Counted from the first letter of the stretch, positions 1 to 9,411 are shown. The stretch: 64,000 nucleotides of DNA from an uncultured Ignavibacteriales bacterium (GCA_964526835.1 CAZGMK010000002.1:147740-211739), one strand, 5' to 3'. Translations and numbers: made by a program. Notes: generated from the letters alone by a model not told the origin.

Positions 1-907
1 CGACGCCCGGGTTAGCCAGCCAGGCCCCGAAGACTCCGCCGACAGTGGCCACTAACATCCCCATCAGTCCGTAGACCAGTGCCATCGAGCCGACGTAGAA
101 GAGCGACATAATGAATCCCTTGCCCACTGAGCGCTCCTGACCCGCGAAGATACTCACCGTAATCGGGATCATCGGGTAGGTGCAGGGCGAAAACGAAAGC
201 AGCAGCCCGGTAATGAAGGCCAGTCCCAGGGCGATGAAGTAGCCCCAGAAGCCGTACTTATCCACGAGTCGCTGGATGTCGTTGCCGGCAACGGTCTCCT
301 CCGGGTCGGATTCCCTGTCCGAGATCGCGGCCTTCGCCCGGGATCGATCAAAGACATCGGCATTGATCGCGGCTCCCATCTCGCCGACAGCTACAGTCAT
401 GGCCAATTCGACCGTCTCCGGAGGGACACAGTTTTCGTCATCGCATGGCTGGTAGGTGAAGGTCATCGGCAGCACATGCTCTCCGGCCGCGGCGCCGGAG
501 TCGACCGCAATCATGAAGGGAATCACGACTTCATGACTCCAAACGCTGATTCTCTCACCGGCCAGGGCAATATCTTCACCTGGCGGGTATTCAATCCCAT
601 AGGGAGTGAGGTCGGTGAGGGTATCGAATTGCAGATCGGCAGGGATCAGCCAGTCCTGGTAGGGCGAGGCGGTATTGATGTGCCAGCCGGAATCAATGGC
701 AACCACCAGAGCGGCCGGGTAGGCCTCCCCGGGAGCTACCTGTTCGTAGCTGAATACGACCCGAGCCCGAACCATGTCGGTGGCCGGCTGGGTGCTCTGC
801 GCAGGGTCACCGAACAGGTGGTTATCCTGGGCTGCTGGCGAGACGGAGATCAAGGCCGATACGGCCAGCAGAGCCAGAAACTGCAGCTGACTAGTGAATC
901 TCAACAT
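1..907 (-). CDS. dsbD: Thiol:disulfide interchange protein DsbD, N-terminal part (3' end lies beyond window start)
   Basis: Absent from the ORF track because it is open at the window edge. My translation from ATG (907..905) gives signal peptide MLRFTSQLQFLALLAVSALI. It then shows the DsbD-alpha-like motif QPCDDENCVPPET and a CcdA-type membrane core (SFSPCTYPMIPI). Confidence 0.8.
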   Translation of the reverse strand, partial: MLRFTSQLQFLALLAVSALISVSPAAQDNHLFGDPAQSTQPATDMVRARVVFSYEQVAPGEAYPAALVVAIDSGWHINTASPYQDWLIPADLQFDTLTDLTPYGIEYPPGEDIALAGERISVWSHEVVIPFMIAVDSGAAAGEHVLPMTFTYQPCDDENCVPPETVELAMTVAVGEMGAAINADVFDRSRAKAAISDRESDPEETVAGNDIQRLVDKYGFWGYFIALGLAFITGLLLSFSPCTYPMIPITVSIFAGQERSVGKGFIMSLFYVGSMALVYGLMGMLVATVGGVFGAWLANPGV

Positions 908-1035
908 ATACTGCGTCACTTCGCTTCAAGTTGCCTGATACCGGGCCAGCATCAACCATTGTCTAGGCCCTGGATGTTGCATAAGTCGACTGGCGCAACG
1001 GACTGAATATTAGGAAAAACGGGGCGTTTGTCGAT

Positions 1036-2259
1036 CTATTTTTTCCGAGCGCGACCGGCCTCCGCCAATACCTCGTCGCGGATGAGTCGCAAGAGTTTGT
1101 CGGGGTCGATCCTGGCGGCGATGCGCTCGGCTACGCGATCGGCCAGCTCACGGGTAAATCGACTGCAGAAAAGATCAACCTGTTCAGGAGTGATTCGATC
1201 GAGGGTGTCCTCCCAGGAACGACGCTCCTGAGTTGATGAGGCCGTCCTCGGCGGAGCAGGTTCAGAAGTCTCAGGCTTTTCAAGGATAACCCGATCGGCT
1301 TCATCCCGATGAATCTTCTCCACTTCCTTCCTGAACTCATCAATGAACTCCGCCACGCCGTCCTGATAATTGGCGGTATTCTCGAGCTCTTGTGACGTCG
1401 ACTGTCGCTGCTGTCGCGACACCTTCTTCCCGGGTTCGGGGGTCGGTTGTGGAGACTCCTGTGTAGTTGCCTCATTCTGAAGCTCTTTCACGAGCCACTC
1501 ATAGTCATGGTCGTGGGACCGGGAATCGGCGTGCATATCCTCCGGAGACTCCATGGCGTACTGGTTCGCGTCGCTCAGAATCTCCAGTTTCCCCGATGCG
1601 GAAGGGTCCTGCGGCGCCCTTTGCTTGTGCTTCGGCGCCACGATATCGGTGTTATCGTCGTCAATGTTGACTATCTCGACACGGCCGGTGCGCATGAGGT
1701 CGTCGTCGGTCTGATCCTCGATGCCCTCGCCGAGATCAGGTTTCCTTCGGTTCTTGCGGTCATTTGTCAGCCGAACCTGCGTAGTCTGATCCATCACCTC
1801 GGACTCAGTGATCTCGATATGGTCCAATCCCAGGGCGGCATCGACTACGTCGTCGACTTCCCTATCCTGCTGTTGCGCGTGCGAGACTGACGCCGATGTC
1901 CGTCGAGCAGCGTCAGCCATAGACGACACTTTCTGCAGAAAGGCTTTTGGCTGAAGAGGGAGAGTTATCAGGCTTTCCCCTGGTAGGCTCTCGGGAGAAG
2001 CTTCCGGCTGCGCTATCACCAGGAGCGGAATAGAGCGGGTCCGCGCATCAGCCTGTAGTTTCTCATACAGCGGACGTCCCCCGGGCAGCGTCAGATCGGC
2101 TCCTGCAACGATAAGGTCGGGTTGGGAAAGTTCCAGCACTCCACAGGCCCGCTCAGCCGAGGGCACGGCGATAACTTCGAATCCATTCTGCCTGAGTACC
2201 GGCTCCGCTACTCCTCGGATTGCCTCCGAAGCTTCAGCTAGCAATATCCGTTTTGACAT
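1036..2259 (-). CDS. Response-regulator receiver protein with long acidic low-complexity region, no recognisable output domain
   Basis: N-terminal ~115 aa looks like a CheY-type receiver (KRILLAEAS...DLIVAGADLTLPGG...IPLLVIA). The rest is D/E/Q/S-rich and ends in a short helical segment. Confidence 0.65.
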   Translation of the reverse strand: MSKRILLAEASEAIRGVAEPVLRQNGFEVIAVPSAERACGVLELSQPDLIVAGADLTLPGGRPLYEKLQADARTRSIPLLVIAQPEASPESLPGESLITLPLQPKAFLQKVSSMADAARRTSASVSHAQQQDREVDDVVDAALGLDHIEITESEVMDQTTQVRLTNDRKNRRKPDLGEGIEDQTDDDLMRTGRVEIVNIDDDNTDIVAPKHKQRAPQDPSASGKLEILSDANQYAMESPEDMHADSRSHDHDYEWLVKELQNEATTQESPQPTPEPGKKVSRQQRQSTSQELENTANYQDGVAEFIDEFRKEVEKIHRDEADRVILEKPETSEPAPPRTASSTQERRSWEDTLDRITPEQVDLFCSRFTRELADRVAERIAARIDPDKLLRLIRDEVLAEAGRARKK

Positions 2260-2271
2260 GCGGCTCCCTGC

Positions 2272-3096
2272 CTACCTCTTGGGCTTCTTGTCCGACAAGT
2301 GCGAGGAGGCTTCCTCCAAGAATTTGCGTTCGGCGCGGGTGAGATTCTCGAAGCCAACCTCGTTGATCTTGTCCAGAAGCTCGTCGACCCGCTTCATTAC
2401 ATCCTCGGCCTTCTGCCGGTTTTTCTGAAGCTTAGCTTCCTGCCGCTTTACGCGCAACTCTTTAATCTTACGTCCGAAGTACACCCAACGCCAGTCCAGC
2501 CTGAGATAGGCAACGCCGAATAGAGCGCCCCCAAGATGCGCCCAATGAGCCACATTGGCGCCGCCGAACAGGAATCCCAGCAGCATCATGCCGGGCATGG
2601 CCCATTTCACCTTCACCGGGAACAGAAAGTAGATATACAGCATGCGGTTGGGAAACATGATCCAATAGGCGGCGAGGACGCCGTAAATGGCCGCCGACGC
2701 GCCGATCATGGGGTAGGGCTGGTTATGGCTGGCCGCGAGTGTGAGCAGCGCTCCGGACAACCCGGCGAGCAGATAGAAGCGCGCGAAACTCTTGCTGCCC
2801 CAGGTGAATTCGATCTCCGTTCCGAACATCCATAGCACGAACATGTTGAAGAAGATGTGACCAATCCCGCCGTGCAGGAACATGTAGGTGAACATCTGAT
2901 AGATCAGGTTCGGAAACTCGCTGAAGAACCGCGCGGGCGTGAGGCCCAGTATCGAGGTGAGAGGCTGATAAAGATACTGGAGGAAGAAGACGGCAACATT
3001 CAGAACGATGACATACTTGATGAACGGCGAGAGCGCCCCCGGCCCGAAACCGAAGCCCCGGGGGGGAGTCTGACGATATGGTGAAAAGCCTCGCAT
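2272..3096 (-). CDS. Rhomboid family intramembrane serine protease
   Basis: Motifs HGGIGHIFFNMFVLWMFG, catalytic-Ser motif GASAAIYG and HLGGALFG within a multi-TM protein. Confidence 0.85.
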   Translation of the reverse strand: MRGFSPYRQTPPRGFGFGPGALSPFIKYVIVLNVAVFFLQYLYQPLTSILGLTPARFFSEFPNLIYQMFTYMFLHGGIGHIFFNMFVLWMFGTEIEFTWGSKSFARFYLLAGLSGALLTLAASHNQPYPMIGASAAIYGVLAAYWIMFPNRMLYIYFLFPVKVKWAMPGMMLLGFLFGGANVAHWAHLGGALFGVAYLRLDWRWVYFGRKIKELRVKRQEAKLQKNRQKAEDVMKRVDELLDKINEVGFENLTRAERKFLEEASSHLSDKKPKR

Positions 3097-3148
3097 CTTC
3101 AGTACCTATCGGCAGTTTGAAGGCGGCAGTTAACCGGCTTCCCCGCAA

Positions 3149-3334
3149 CTACTTGTCCTCGTCAGGCGGCTCCAGCGAGCAACCCCGAGGGCCCTTTCCT
3201 CCAACCTGGAGGTCATCGCCGACGGGGGCTCAGCCACCACCACCGAGCTTCGGCAAGACATGGCGCATCAACACCAGCCACGCCGCAACGAAGATAACTA
3301 CGAAAAGCAGATCTGTCCAGTTCACGGCTGTCAT
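3149..3334 (-). CDS. Candidate small membrane ORF interrupted by in-frame UGA (34 aa if UGA stops, 61 codons if read through)
   Basis: My translation: M-T-A-V-NWTDLLFVVIFVAAWLVLMRHVLPKLGGGG-UGA-APVGDDLQVGGKGPRGCSLEPPDEDK-TAG. Third-position G/C stays high after the UGA (3232..3230). AAGGA lies 9 nt upstream of an alternative GTG start at 3325. Not in the ORF track. Confidence 0.2.
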
Positions 3335-3342
3335 TCCTTGCT

Positions 3343-3364
3343 GTCAGCAGCGGATGCTGCTGAC
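3343..3364 (-). other. Perfect 9-bp stem / 4-nt loop hairpin immediately upstream of the small ORF
   Basis: Plus strand reads gtcagcagc-ggat-gctgctgac. The palindrome TGACGTCA overlaps its upstream (higher-coordinate) end. Confidence 0.5.
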
Positions 3365-3436
3365 GTCATTACGTCCACTTGATTAGAGGCCCAGGTATGC
3401 AGGAAAGTTCCCTTACTCGATAGGTCAGGCACCCGC

Positions 3437-3470
3437 AACGACAAAGGCAGCGCCCCGGGGAGACGCTGCC
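3437..3470 (-). terminator. Rho-independent terminator of trxA
   Basis: Minus strand GGCAGCG-UCUCCCCGGGG-CGCUGCC followed by UUUGUCGUU, about 30 nt after the trxA stop. Confidence 0.6.
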
Positions 3471-3501
3471 GAAGTCTTAACGACCGCCGTACTGATCGGA
3501 G

Positions 3502-3849
3502 TCAGGAGAGCACCTTGTCCAGACGGGAGGTCAACTGGTTCTTCGGTACCGCGCCCACGATCTGGTCGACAACCTCGCCGTTCTTGAAGAAGAGCACCGA
3601 CGGTATTGACATGATGTTGAAGCGGCCGGCGGTCTTGTTATTCGAGTCCACATCGAGCTTGGCCACCTTGACCTTGCCGTTGTACTCGGCCGCTATTTCC
3701 TCGAGAATCGGGGAAATCATCTTGCAGGGCCCACACCAGGTCGCCCAGAAATCGACTATGACAGGGCCGTCGGCCTGCAGTACTTCTTGGTCGAAACTTG
3801 CGTCAGTCACTTCAACTGGCTTGCTCATAAACTGCCTCCTGTATTCCAA
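3502..3849 (-). CDS. trxA: Thioredoxin
   Basis: Active site WCGPCK in a typical thioredoxin-length protein. The true start may be the internal MSKPVEV (3828). Confidence 0.9.
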   Translation of the reverse strand: MEYRRQFMSKPVEVTDASFDQEVLQADGPVIVDFWATWCGPCKMISPILEEIAAEYNGKVKVAKLDVDSNNKTAGRFNIMSIPSVLFFKNGEVVDQIVGAVPKNQLTSRLDKVLS

Positions 3850-4010
3850 TTGTCGTCATTCATAACTATGATCACGCCAATAACACCCGGACGGCACCCT
3901 GGTTCCTGACATTCACTGGCGGCTGCGCCGCCTTCAGTTGCACAGCCCGGTTGCCTGATTAGATACAAAAACCATCGCCGCGATTCAAGGAAAACGACGA
4001 CGCCCTCGTT

Positions 4011-7000
4011 TCAGCTCCTCTTTCGGGCGATCCTGGCCACGCCGTCCCCTGCCAGAGCCAGGCGGGCGAACGAGCGGACCTGCTCAGCGTAAGCCTCCAA
4101 TCTCGTATCCTCACCAGAGTCACGCAGCCCTTCATAGCTTATGTTGAGCCATGGGATACCGCCCAGATCCTCGGCTACACCCTTGGACAGACCGGTGACT
4201 ACAGTCCCGGGCATGCAGTTAAAGGGCATGGCGTTGACAATTCCCGAGGCTCCATCCTCGGACATCTCTATGGCCTTGCCGATCGACAGCAGAGCCTCTC
4301 CCTTGCAGTCGCGCGGCAGATAGCGTATCGCCGAACTTAGAACCTGCTCCACCGGGCGCTCTTCCGGAAGCTCGATGTGACGGTGGAATGCCTTGGCCAG
4401 CTTATGCTCATGGCGGTGTTGCAGAGTAACCTGCAGTTGCCCGGCAATCATTCCGCGGAAATCACGGGCCAGGAAGGAATCACGTCGATACTCGGCCGAT
4501 GTGTACATCGGCCACTCGCTGAAGGTGGCCAAACGGACTTCGAGGTCCAGAGCCTCGAGCTTGGTAATCAGGTGGTTGTTGGAGAACCGGTTATTGCGCA
4601 AGTATATTTCGCCCACCAGGCCTACCAGGGGCTTTCGGCCCTCCATAACCGGAATGGCGGCGAAGTCACGGCCTGCCTGCCCGGCGAGATCCTCGAGAGA
4701 CTCGTCCTTGATTATGGCGTGGCTGAGCCTGCTGAGGTAACTCAGATAGAGCTTCTCTGTCTGGCCGTTGTTGATCTCGTAGGGTCGAATCCGGTGCAGG
4801 CACTTGATGAGCAGATCGACGAATACCAATCCCTTCCAGGCCACCTTGCGAAAATCGGTTCCATCAAGACCGAACTCGGTGTATCCGGTCCCCGAACTTG
4901 GAGAGAACACGGGGACATCACGGTACCCCATTTCATCGAGAATCATCCGGTGATACTGGCTGTACAGGCCGAAACGACAGGGGCCGTCGGCGCCGGGCAT
5001 GAAGAACACTCCACGGGAGCGATCGAAATCCTCTCGGTGAATGTACTTGATTACATCACCGGTGGTTATCTGGCAGGGGAAGCACTCCTTGCCGGAAGTG
5101 AACTTCTTGCCGAGCTCAAGAGTGGTCTCATCGGGCTCATCCATTACTTCGGCAGTCAGGCCGTAGCGTTCGAAGGCGGCTCGCAGGGCATACGCGTGGT
5201 CGCACATGTAAGGAATGTAGATCACCCGTTCGAACGGCTTGAATCGATCGTTTGTCAGACTGAACTCTGCCACCGGTGGCTTGTACTCGTAGAAACGAAG
5301 CGAGTCGATGAAGGCCTCGCAACGAGTGATAAGGCCGGCGTCGGCCGAGTGTTCATCGAGCTCGAGCTGCACATACGGCTTGCCGCTCATCTCGCGGCGG
5401 AAAAAGTGCGAAATAAATGAATCGGGACCGCAGCCAAACGAGGTTATGAACACAGCAAAGAGGTTCGGCTGCCGGCGAACCCATGAGGCCGCAGCCAGCA
5501 ACCGGCGCCCGTAGCGCCAGTACATGTACGGGAACTCCTTCTCGCTGTCGTCGAGCTTGAAGAAATCGATCGGTATTGCCTTGAATCCGAGATTACGAAT
5601 CTTGTCCGGGATTTCGAGGGAAAGCTTGGGATCGTAACCGTTGTAAGGCCGACTGACGACAACAAGAGCCTTCTCATCGGGCTCAAGGCTGTCGAGAATC
5701 TCGCGGCCCTTGTCGTGCAGGGCCTGCTTGAACTTCGCATAGGCGCGGAGTCCGGCCTCGGTGGCCTTCTGCAGTTCGCGACGCCCCAGGCCGAATGGCT
5801 CCGCCAGCCGCCTCAGCGACTGACGAAGTTCTTCCTGATTGTAGCTGATATAGATCGGGGTGCTCACGAGCTGAACTCCGGCCTCATCGAAATCAAACCG
5901 TGTTCGAACGGACGAACCTATCGCCTGAACGTAAGGACAGATATATGAATCGTTGGAGTCATCAGCGTTGTCGCCGGGAGCTTTGATGAGCGACGGCAGG
6001 AAGACATAGTCCACGTCTTTGCGCAGGAGGCTGGCCACGTGGCCGTAGACCAGCTTGATCGGATAGCAGGTCTCCGCAGCGAACAGCTCCAGGGCATCCT
6101 CGGTCACACGCCGGTTGGATCTGTCGGAGAAGACAACTTGAAAGCCCAGCGACTCGAAGAAAGCCAGCCAGAACGGCGTGTATTCGAAGAAATGCAGCGC
6201 CCGAGGGATACCGATGCGCCCTCTGGGTTTCTCCGGCTTAGGGTATCTGAGCCAGCGACGTTGCAGCAGGCGCTGGCGCACCTTGACATAATCGGGCGGG
6301 CGTTCGCCCCGTTGTCTTTCTGTTCCCACATCGTACTTCCCGCACCGCGAACCATAGTACAGCGGGTCCTCGCCCTCGAGGTCGACTCGATGGATCTCAC
6401 ACTGATTGGAGCAATCCTCGCAGGTAAAGGTCTCCACCGTGTATTGACGCTTGTAAAGATCCCAACCTCGAAAACGGGTCTCGGTGAAGTCAGCCTGAAG
6501 AGCAACTTCCCGGGCCAGGATGGCGGCGCCGATGGCTCCGGTAACATCGTGATGCGGAGGAACCGTAATCGGTTTCCCTGTCATCTGCTCAAAGGCGGCT
6601 ACTACCGCCTTGTTCCAGGCTACCCCGCCCTGGAAGAAGATATGGTCACCGATACGGCGGTCCCCTACGACCTTCGTCAAGTAGTTGCTGACAATGCTGT
6701 AGGCCAGTCCGGCGATCAGATCATCGCGCGACGCGCCGCTGCGTTGGTGCGCTACAAGATCGGATTCCATGAACACGGTGCAGCGTTCACCGCAGCCGAC
6801 CGGGCATTCGGCCTTCAGGGCGCGCTCGCCGAACTCGTCCTGGATATTGATGTTGAGTTTTTCGGCCTGCTCCTGCAGGAATGACCCGGTGCCGGCGGCG
6901 CAGGCCTTGTTCATCTCAAAGTCGGTGACGGCCTGATTGTCGATGGCGATGTACTTGGAGTCCTGCCCACCGATCTCGAATATGGTATCCACCTTTGGGT

Positions 7001-8240
7001 CGATGTTGATGGCAGCCGTGGCCTGGGCCGTTATTTCATTGCGAACAATATCGGCACCGACAAAATCCCCGGTCAAATAGCGGCCCGATCCGGTAGTTCC
7101 CACCGCCTTTACCCTCACCTTGCCACCTACTTCATCGCCGATCTCCGCCAGGCCGCGGCGAATGGCTTCGATGGGGCGTCCGGAGGTCATCAGGTAACGT
7201 CTTGCGATGACCTGATCGTCGCCGTCGATCAGCACCAGGTTCGTCGAAAGCGACCCTACATCGATACCAAGATAGACCTCGCGACCATCGATATCCTTCG
7301 GCGGTTCAGCCGTTGTAATCTCGTAGTGTTTGAGGTCGGGGTGGTCAAATTGCAGAGCCTGCCGAGTCGAGGGGGCTGGTCGGCGGTGCTTCAGATACCG
7401 GGTCACCGCATCGGGACCGAAGTGCTCAACTACCGCCGTATCTGACTGCGCCAGGAGGGCCGCACCGGCAGCCGAGAGGACATTGTAGTGCTCCGGGACG
7501 ATCAAATCATCGTCGGCCAGTTCGAGAATCTCCCTGAACGCCCTCACCATTCCCGGGTTCGCGGCGACGCCGCCCTCGAAAGCTATAGGCTTGACAAAGC
7601 GCTTACCGCGGGCGATGGATCCTTTGAAGTTGCGGGCCACGGCAAAGCAGAGGCCGGCCACAATATCGTAGTCGGGCGTGGCGACCTGCTGAAGATGGAT
7701 CATATCGGACTTCGCAAAGACCGAACAGCGCCCCGCAATGCGTGGCGGCCGCTTCGACCTGAGCGCCAGTTGTCCGAATTCATTCTCAATGGATATACCC
7801 AGACGATTCGCCTGCTGATCAAGGAAGGACCCGGTTCCGGCAGCGCACTGGGCGTTCATGGCAAAATCGTTGACAAGGCGCTTGCGGCTGTCCAGGAGGA
7901 GCAGCTTGGAATCCTCTCCACCCATCTCGATCACCGTTCTGGCCTGAGGCGCCAGCTCGTAGTTACCCTCAGCCAGGGCGGCAATCTCACCGAAGAACTT
8001 ACCCCCGAAAATCGCCTGCGCCGTCTTGCCGCCGATCCCGGTAGTTCCCAGCCATACCGGCCGCCCGGCCAGATGGGACAACCCGTCGCGGAGTATTCCC
8101 TCAAGCGTTTCGAAGGGACCGCCGCAAAAACGACGATAGATCGTGCGAGTGAGCTCTCCGTGCTCGAAGACAGCAAGCTTGACTGACACCGATCCAATGT
8201 CGATGCCTATGGCGGTTGTGACTTCCCTCATGCTGCTCAA
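4011..8240 (-). CDS. Large fused CoA-substrate-specific enzyme activase-like protein (two BcrA/BadF/HgdC-type ATPase modules plus dehydratase-related C-terminal half)
   Basis: Two acetate/sugar-kinase-fold ATPase starts (GIDIGSVSVKLAV and LGIDVGSLSTNLVLI), each followed by CAAGTGSFLDQQA-type motifs. A long Cys-containing C-terminal region follows. 1409 aa. Confidence 0.75.
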   Translation of the reverse strand: MSSMREVTTAIGIDIGSVSVKLAVFEHGELTRTIYRRFCGGPFETLEGILRDGLSHLAGRPVWLGTTGIGGKTAQAIFGGKFFGEIAALAEGNYELAPQARTVIEMGGEDSKLLLLDSRKRLVNDFAMNAQCAAGTGSFLDQQANRLGISIENEFGQLALRSKRPPRIAGRCSVFAKSDMIHLQQVATPDYDIVAGLCFAVARNFKGSIARGKRFVKPIAFEGGVAANPGMVRAFREILELADDDLIVPEHYNVLSAAGAALLAQSDTAVVEHFGPDAVTRYLKHRRPAPSTRQALQFDHPDLKHYEITTAEPPKDIDGREVYLGIDVGSLSTNLVLIDGDDQVIARRYLMTSGRPIEAIRRGLAEIGDEVGGKVRVKAVGTTGSGRYLTGDFVGADIVRNEITAQATAAINIDPKVDTIFEIGGQDSKYIAIDNQAVTDFEMNKACAAGTGSFLQEQAEKLNINIQDEFGERALKAECPVGCGERCTVFMESDLVAHQRSGASRDDLIAGLAYSIVSNYLTKVVGDRRIGDHIFFQGGVAWNKAVVAAFEQMTGKPITVPPHHDVTGAIGAAILAREVALQADFTETRFRGWDLYKRQYTVETFTCEDCSNQCEIHRVDLEGEDPLYYGSRCGKYDVGTERQRGERPPDYVKVRQRLLQRRWLRYPKPEKPRGRIGIPRALHFFEYTPFWLAFFESLGFQVVFSDRSNRRVTEDALELFAAETCYPIKLVYGHVASLLRKDVDYVFLPSLIKAPGDNADDSNDSYICPYVQAIGSSVRTRFDFDEAGVQLVSTPIYISYNQEELRQSLRRLAEPFGLGRRELQKATEAGLRAYAKFKQALHDKGREILDSLEPDEKALVVVSRPYNGYDPKLSLEIPDKIRNLGFKAIPIDFFKLDDSEKEFPYMYWRYGRRLLAAASWVRRQPNLFAVFITSFGCGPDSFISHFFRREMSGKPYVQLELDEHSADAGLITRCEAFIDSLRFYEYKPPVAEFSLTNDRFKPFERVIYIPYMCDHAYALRAAFERYGLTAEVMDEPDETTLELGKKFTSGKECFPCQITTGDVIKYIHREDFDRSRGVFFMPGADGPCRFGLYSQYHRMILDEMGYRDVPVFSPSSGTGYTEFGLDGTDFRKVAWKGLVFVDLLIKCLHRIRPYEINNGQTEKLYLSYLSRLSHAIIKDESLEDLAGQAGRDFAAIPVMEGRKPLVGLVGEIYLRNNRFSNNHLITKLEALDLEVRLATFSEWPMYTSAEYRRDSFLARDFRGMIAGQLQVTLQHRHEHKLAKAFHRHIELPEERPVEQVLSSAIRYLPRDCKGEALLSIGKAIEMSEDGASGIVNAMPFNCMPGTVVTGLSKGVAEDLGGIPWLNISYEGLRDSGEDTRLEAYAEQVRSFARLALAGDGVARIARKRS

Positions 8241-8362
8241 TCAAATCCCGTGTTGCGTGTGGAGCAAGCGATTTTACTAAACATACGGCGGTTGTGCGAA
8301 TACATTTGTCTTTTCGTTTCGAGGGCCTATATTGGCGCCTCGGAGCAAAAGGCGAAGATATT

Positions 8363-8815
8363 ATGCGATTGGTTATACAGCGAGTGTCATCGGCTGAGGT
8401 CCGCATTGACGAAACACGCGGCAGCAGGATCGGACGCGGGCTGCTTGTGCTCTTCGCTACCCGCGAGGGAGATACAGAGGAGTCGTGCGGCTGGCTAGCG
8501 GATAAGGCGGTCAATCTTCGCATTTTTGATGACGATGCGGGCAAAATGAATCGATCTGCGCTCGATATCGGTGGCGAGATCATGGTGGTTTCACAGTTCA
8601 CGCTCTACGCCGACACTCGCAAGGGCCGGCGTCCCAGCTACGGCCAAGCCCAGAAACCCGAACAAGCGCAGCGGCTCTATAACCGCTTCGTAGAACTGGT
8701 TGCTGCCTCCGGTCTGAAAACCGAAACCGGCGTATTCGGCGCCAAAATGGATGTGAGGCTGACCAATGACGGCCCGGTCACTATCATTGTCGACCATGAC
8801 CAGCCCGAATGTTGA
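8363..8815 (+). CDS. dtd: D-aminoacyl-tRNA deacylase
   Basis: MRLVIQRV start, SQFTLYADTRKGRRPS and NDGPVTI motifs. I place the start at ATG 8363 rather than the ORF-track start 8294. Confidence 0.9.
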   Translation: MRLVIQRVSSAEVRIDETRGSRIGRGLLVLFATREGDTEESCGWLADKAVNLRIFDDDAGKMNRSALDIGGEIMVVSQFTLYADTRKGRRPSYGQAQKPEQAQRLYNRFVELVAASGLKTETGVFGAKMDVRLTNDGPVTIIVDHDQPEC

Positions 8816-9395
8816 GCGGCTGGCCAGAAGATATGGACTCGTGTTGGCCTCCGGCTCCCCCCGTCGCGTAAAGCTGTTAAACGACATGGGGATCGAGTTT
8901 GTGCAGATAGCGCCTGAGATCGACGAGACCATCCGCAAGGGTGAGAATCCTTACAGCTATGCCGAACGCCTGGCCGCCGATAAGGCCAGGTCGATCTCGG
9001 AGAAGCATAGTGGCGCCGTCGTCATCGGATGCGACACAGCCGTAGTACTCGGCTCAGCGGTATTAGACAAACCTTCCGGAAAAGAGGATGCTTTTCGCAC
9101 TCTTACTACCTTGGCCGGCAAGAAGCATGTGGTCTGCACGGCGATTGCCCTGGTGCGTAACGGGAGGATACTGGCCTCAGGAGTTGAGACGACAATCGTC
9201 CGGTTCAACAAAGTGAGCGAAGGCGAGATCCTTGAGTACATATCCACCGGGGAGCCAATGGACAAGGCCGGGGCCTATGGTATTCAGGGCATGGGGGCGT
9301 TTTTAGTTGACTCTATCGAGGGGCCTTTGGATAATGTCATCGGCTTGCCGCGCAAGCTCTTAGACGGACTTTCAGCCGGTCTGCCCGAGGTCTGA
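8796..9395 (+). CDS. maf: Maf-like nucleoside triphosphate pyrophosphatase
   Basis: LVLASGSPRR motif, GAYGIQG motif and size. The start at ATG 8796 overlaps the dtd stop by 20 nt. Confidence 0.85.
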   Translation: MTSPNVERLARRYGLVLASGSPRRVKLLNDMGIEFVQIAPEIDETIRKGENPYSYAERLAADKARSISEKHSGAVVIGCDTAVVLGSAVLDKPSGKEDAFRTLTTLAGKKHVVCTAIALVRNGRILASGVETTIVRFNKVSEGEILEYISTGEPMDKAGAYGIQGMGAFLVDSIEGPLDNVIGLPRKLLDGLSAGLPEV

Positions 9396-9411
9396 GCGGC
9401 CCGGACTGGCA

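Noticed and set aside
476-1006. Plus-strand ORF of 176 aa, and the minus-strand ORF 169..363.
   Set aside because: Both overlap, in the wrong frame or on the wrong strand, the clearly motif-bearing dsbD reading frame that I translated by hand.
3078-3386. Plus-strand ORF of 102 aa in the trxA-rhomboid gap.
   Set aside because: The translation is Pro/Ser/Arg-rich and featureless, with no RBS. It is antisense to the more coding-like small minus-strand ORF and overlaps the rhomboid start.
4377-7000. Plus-strand ORFs 4377..5420 and 6039..6884 inside the activase gene.
   Set aside because: They are shadow ORFs. The minus-strand frame carries two ATPase modules and continuous conservation-like sequence.
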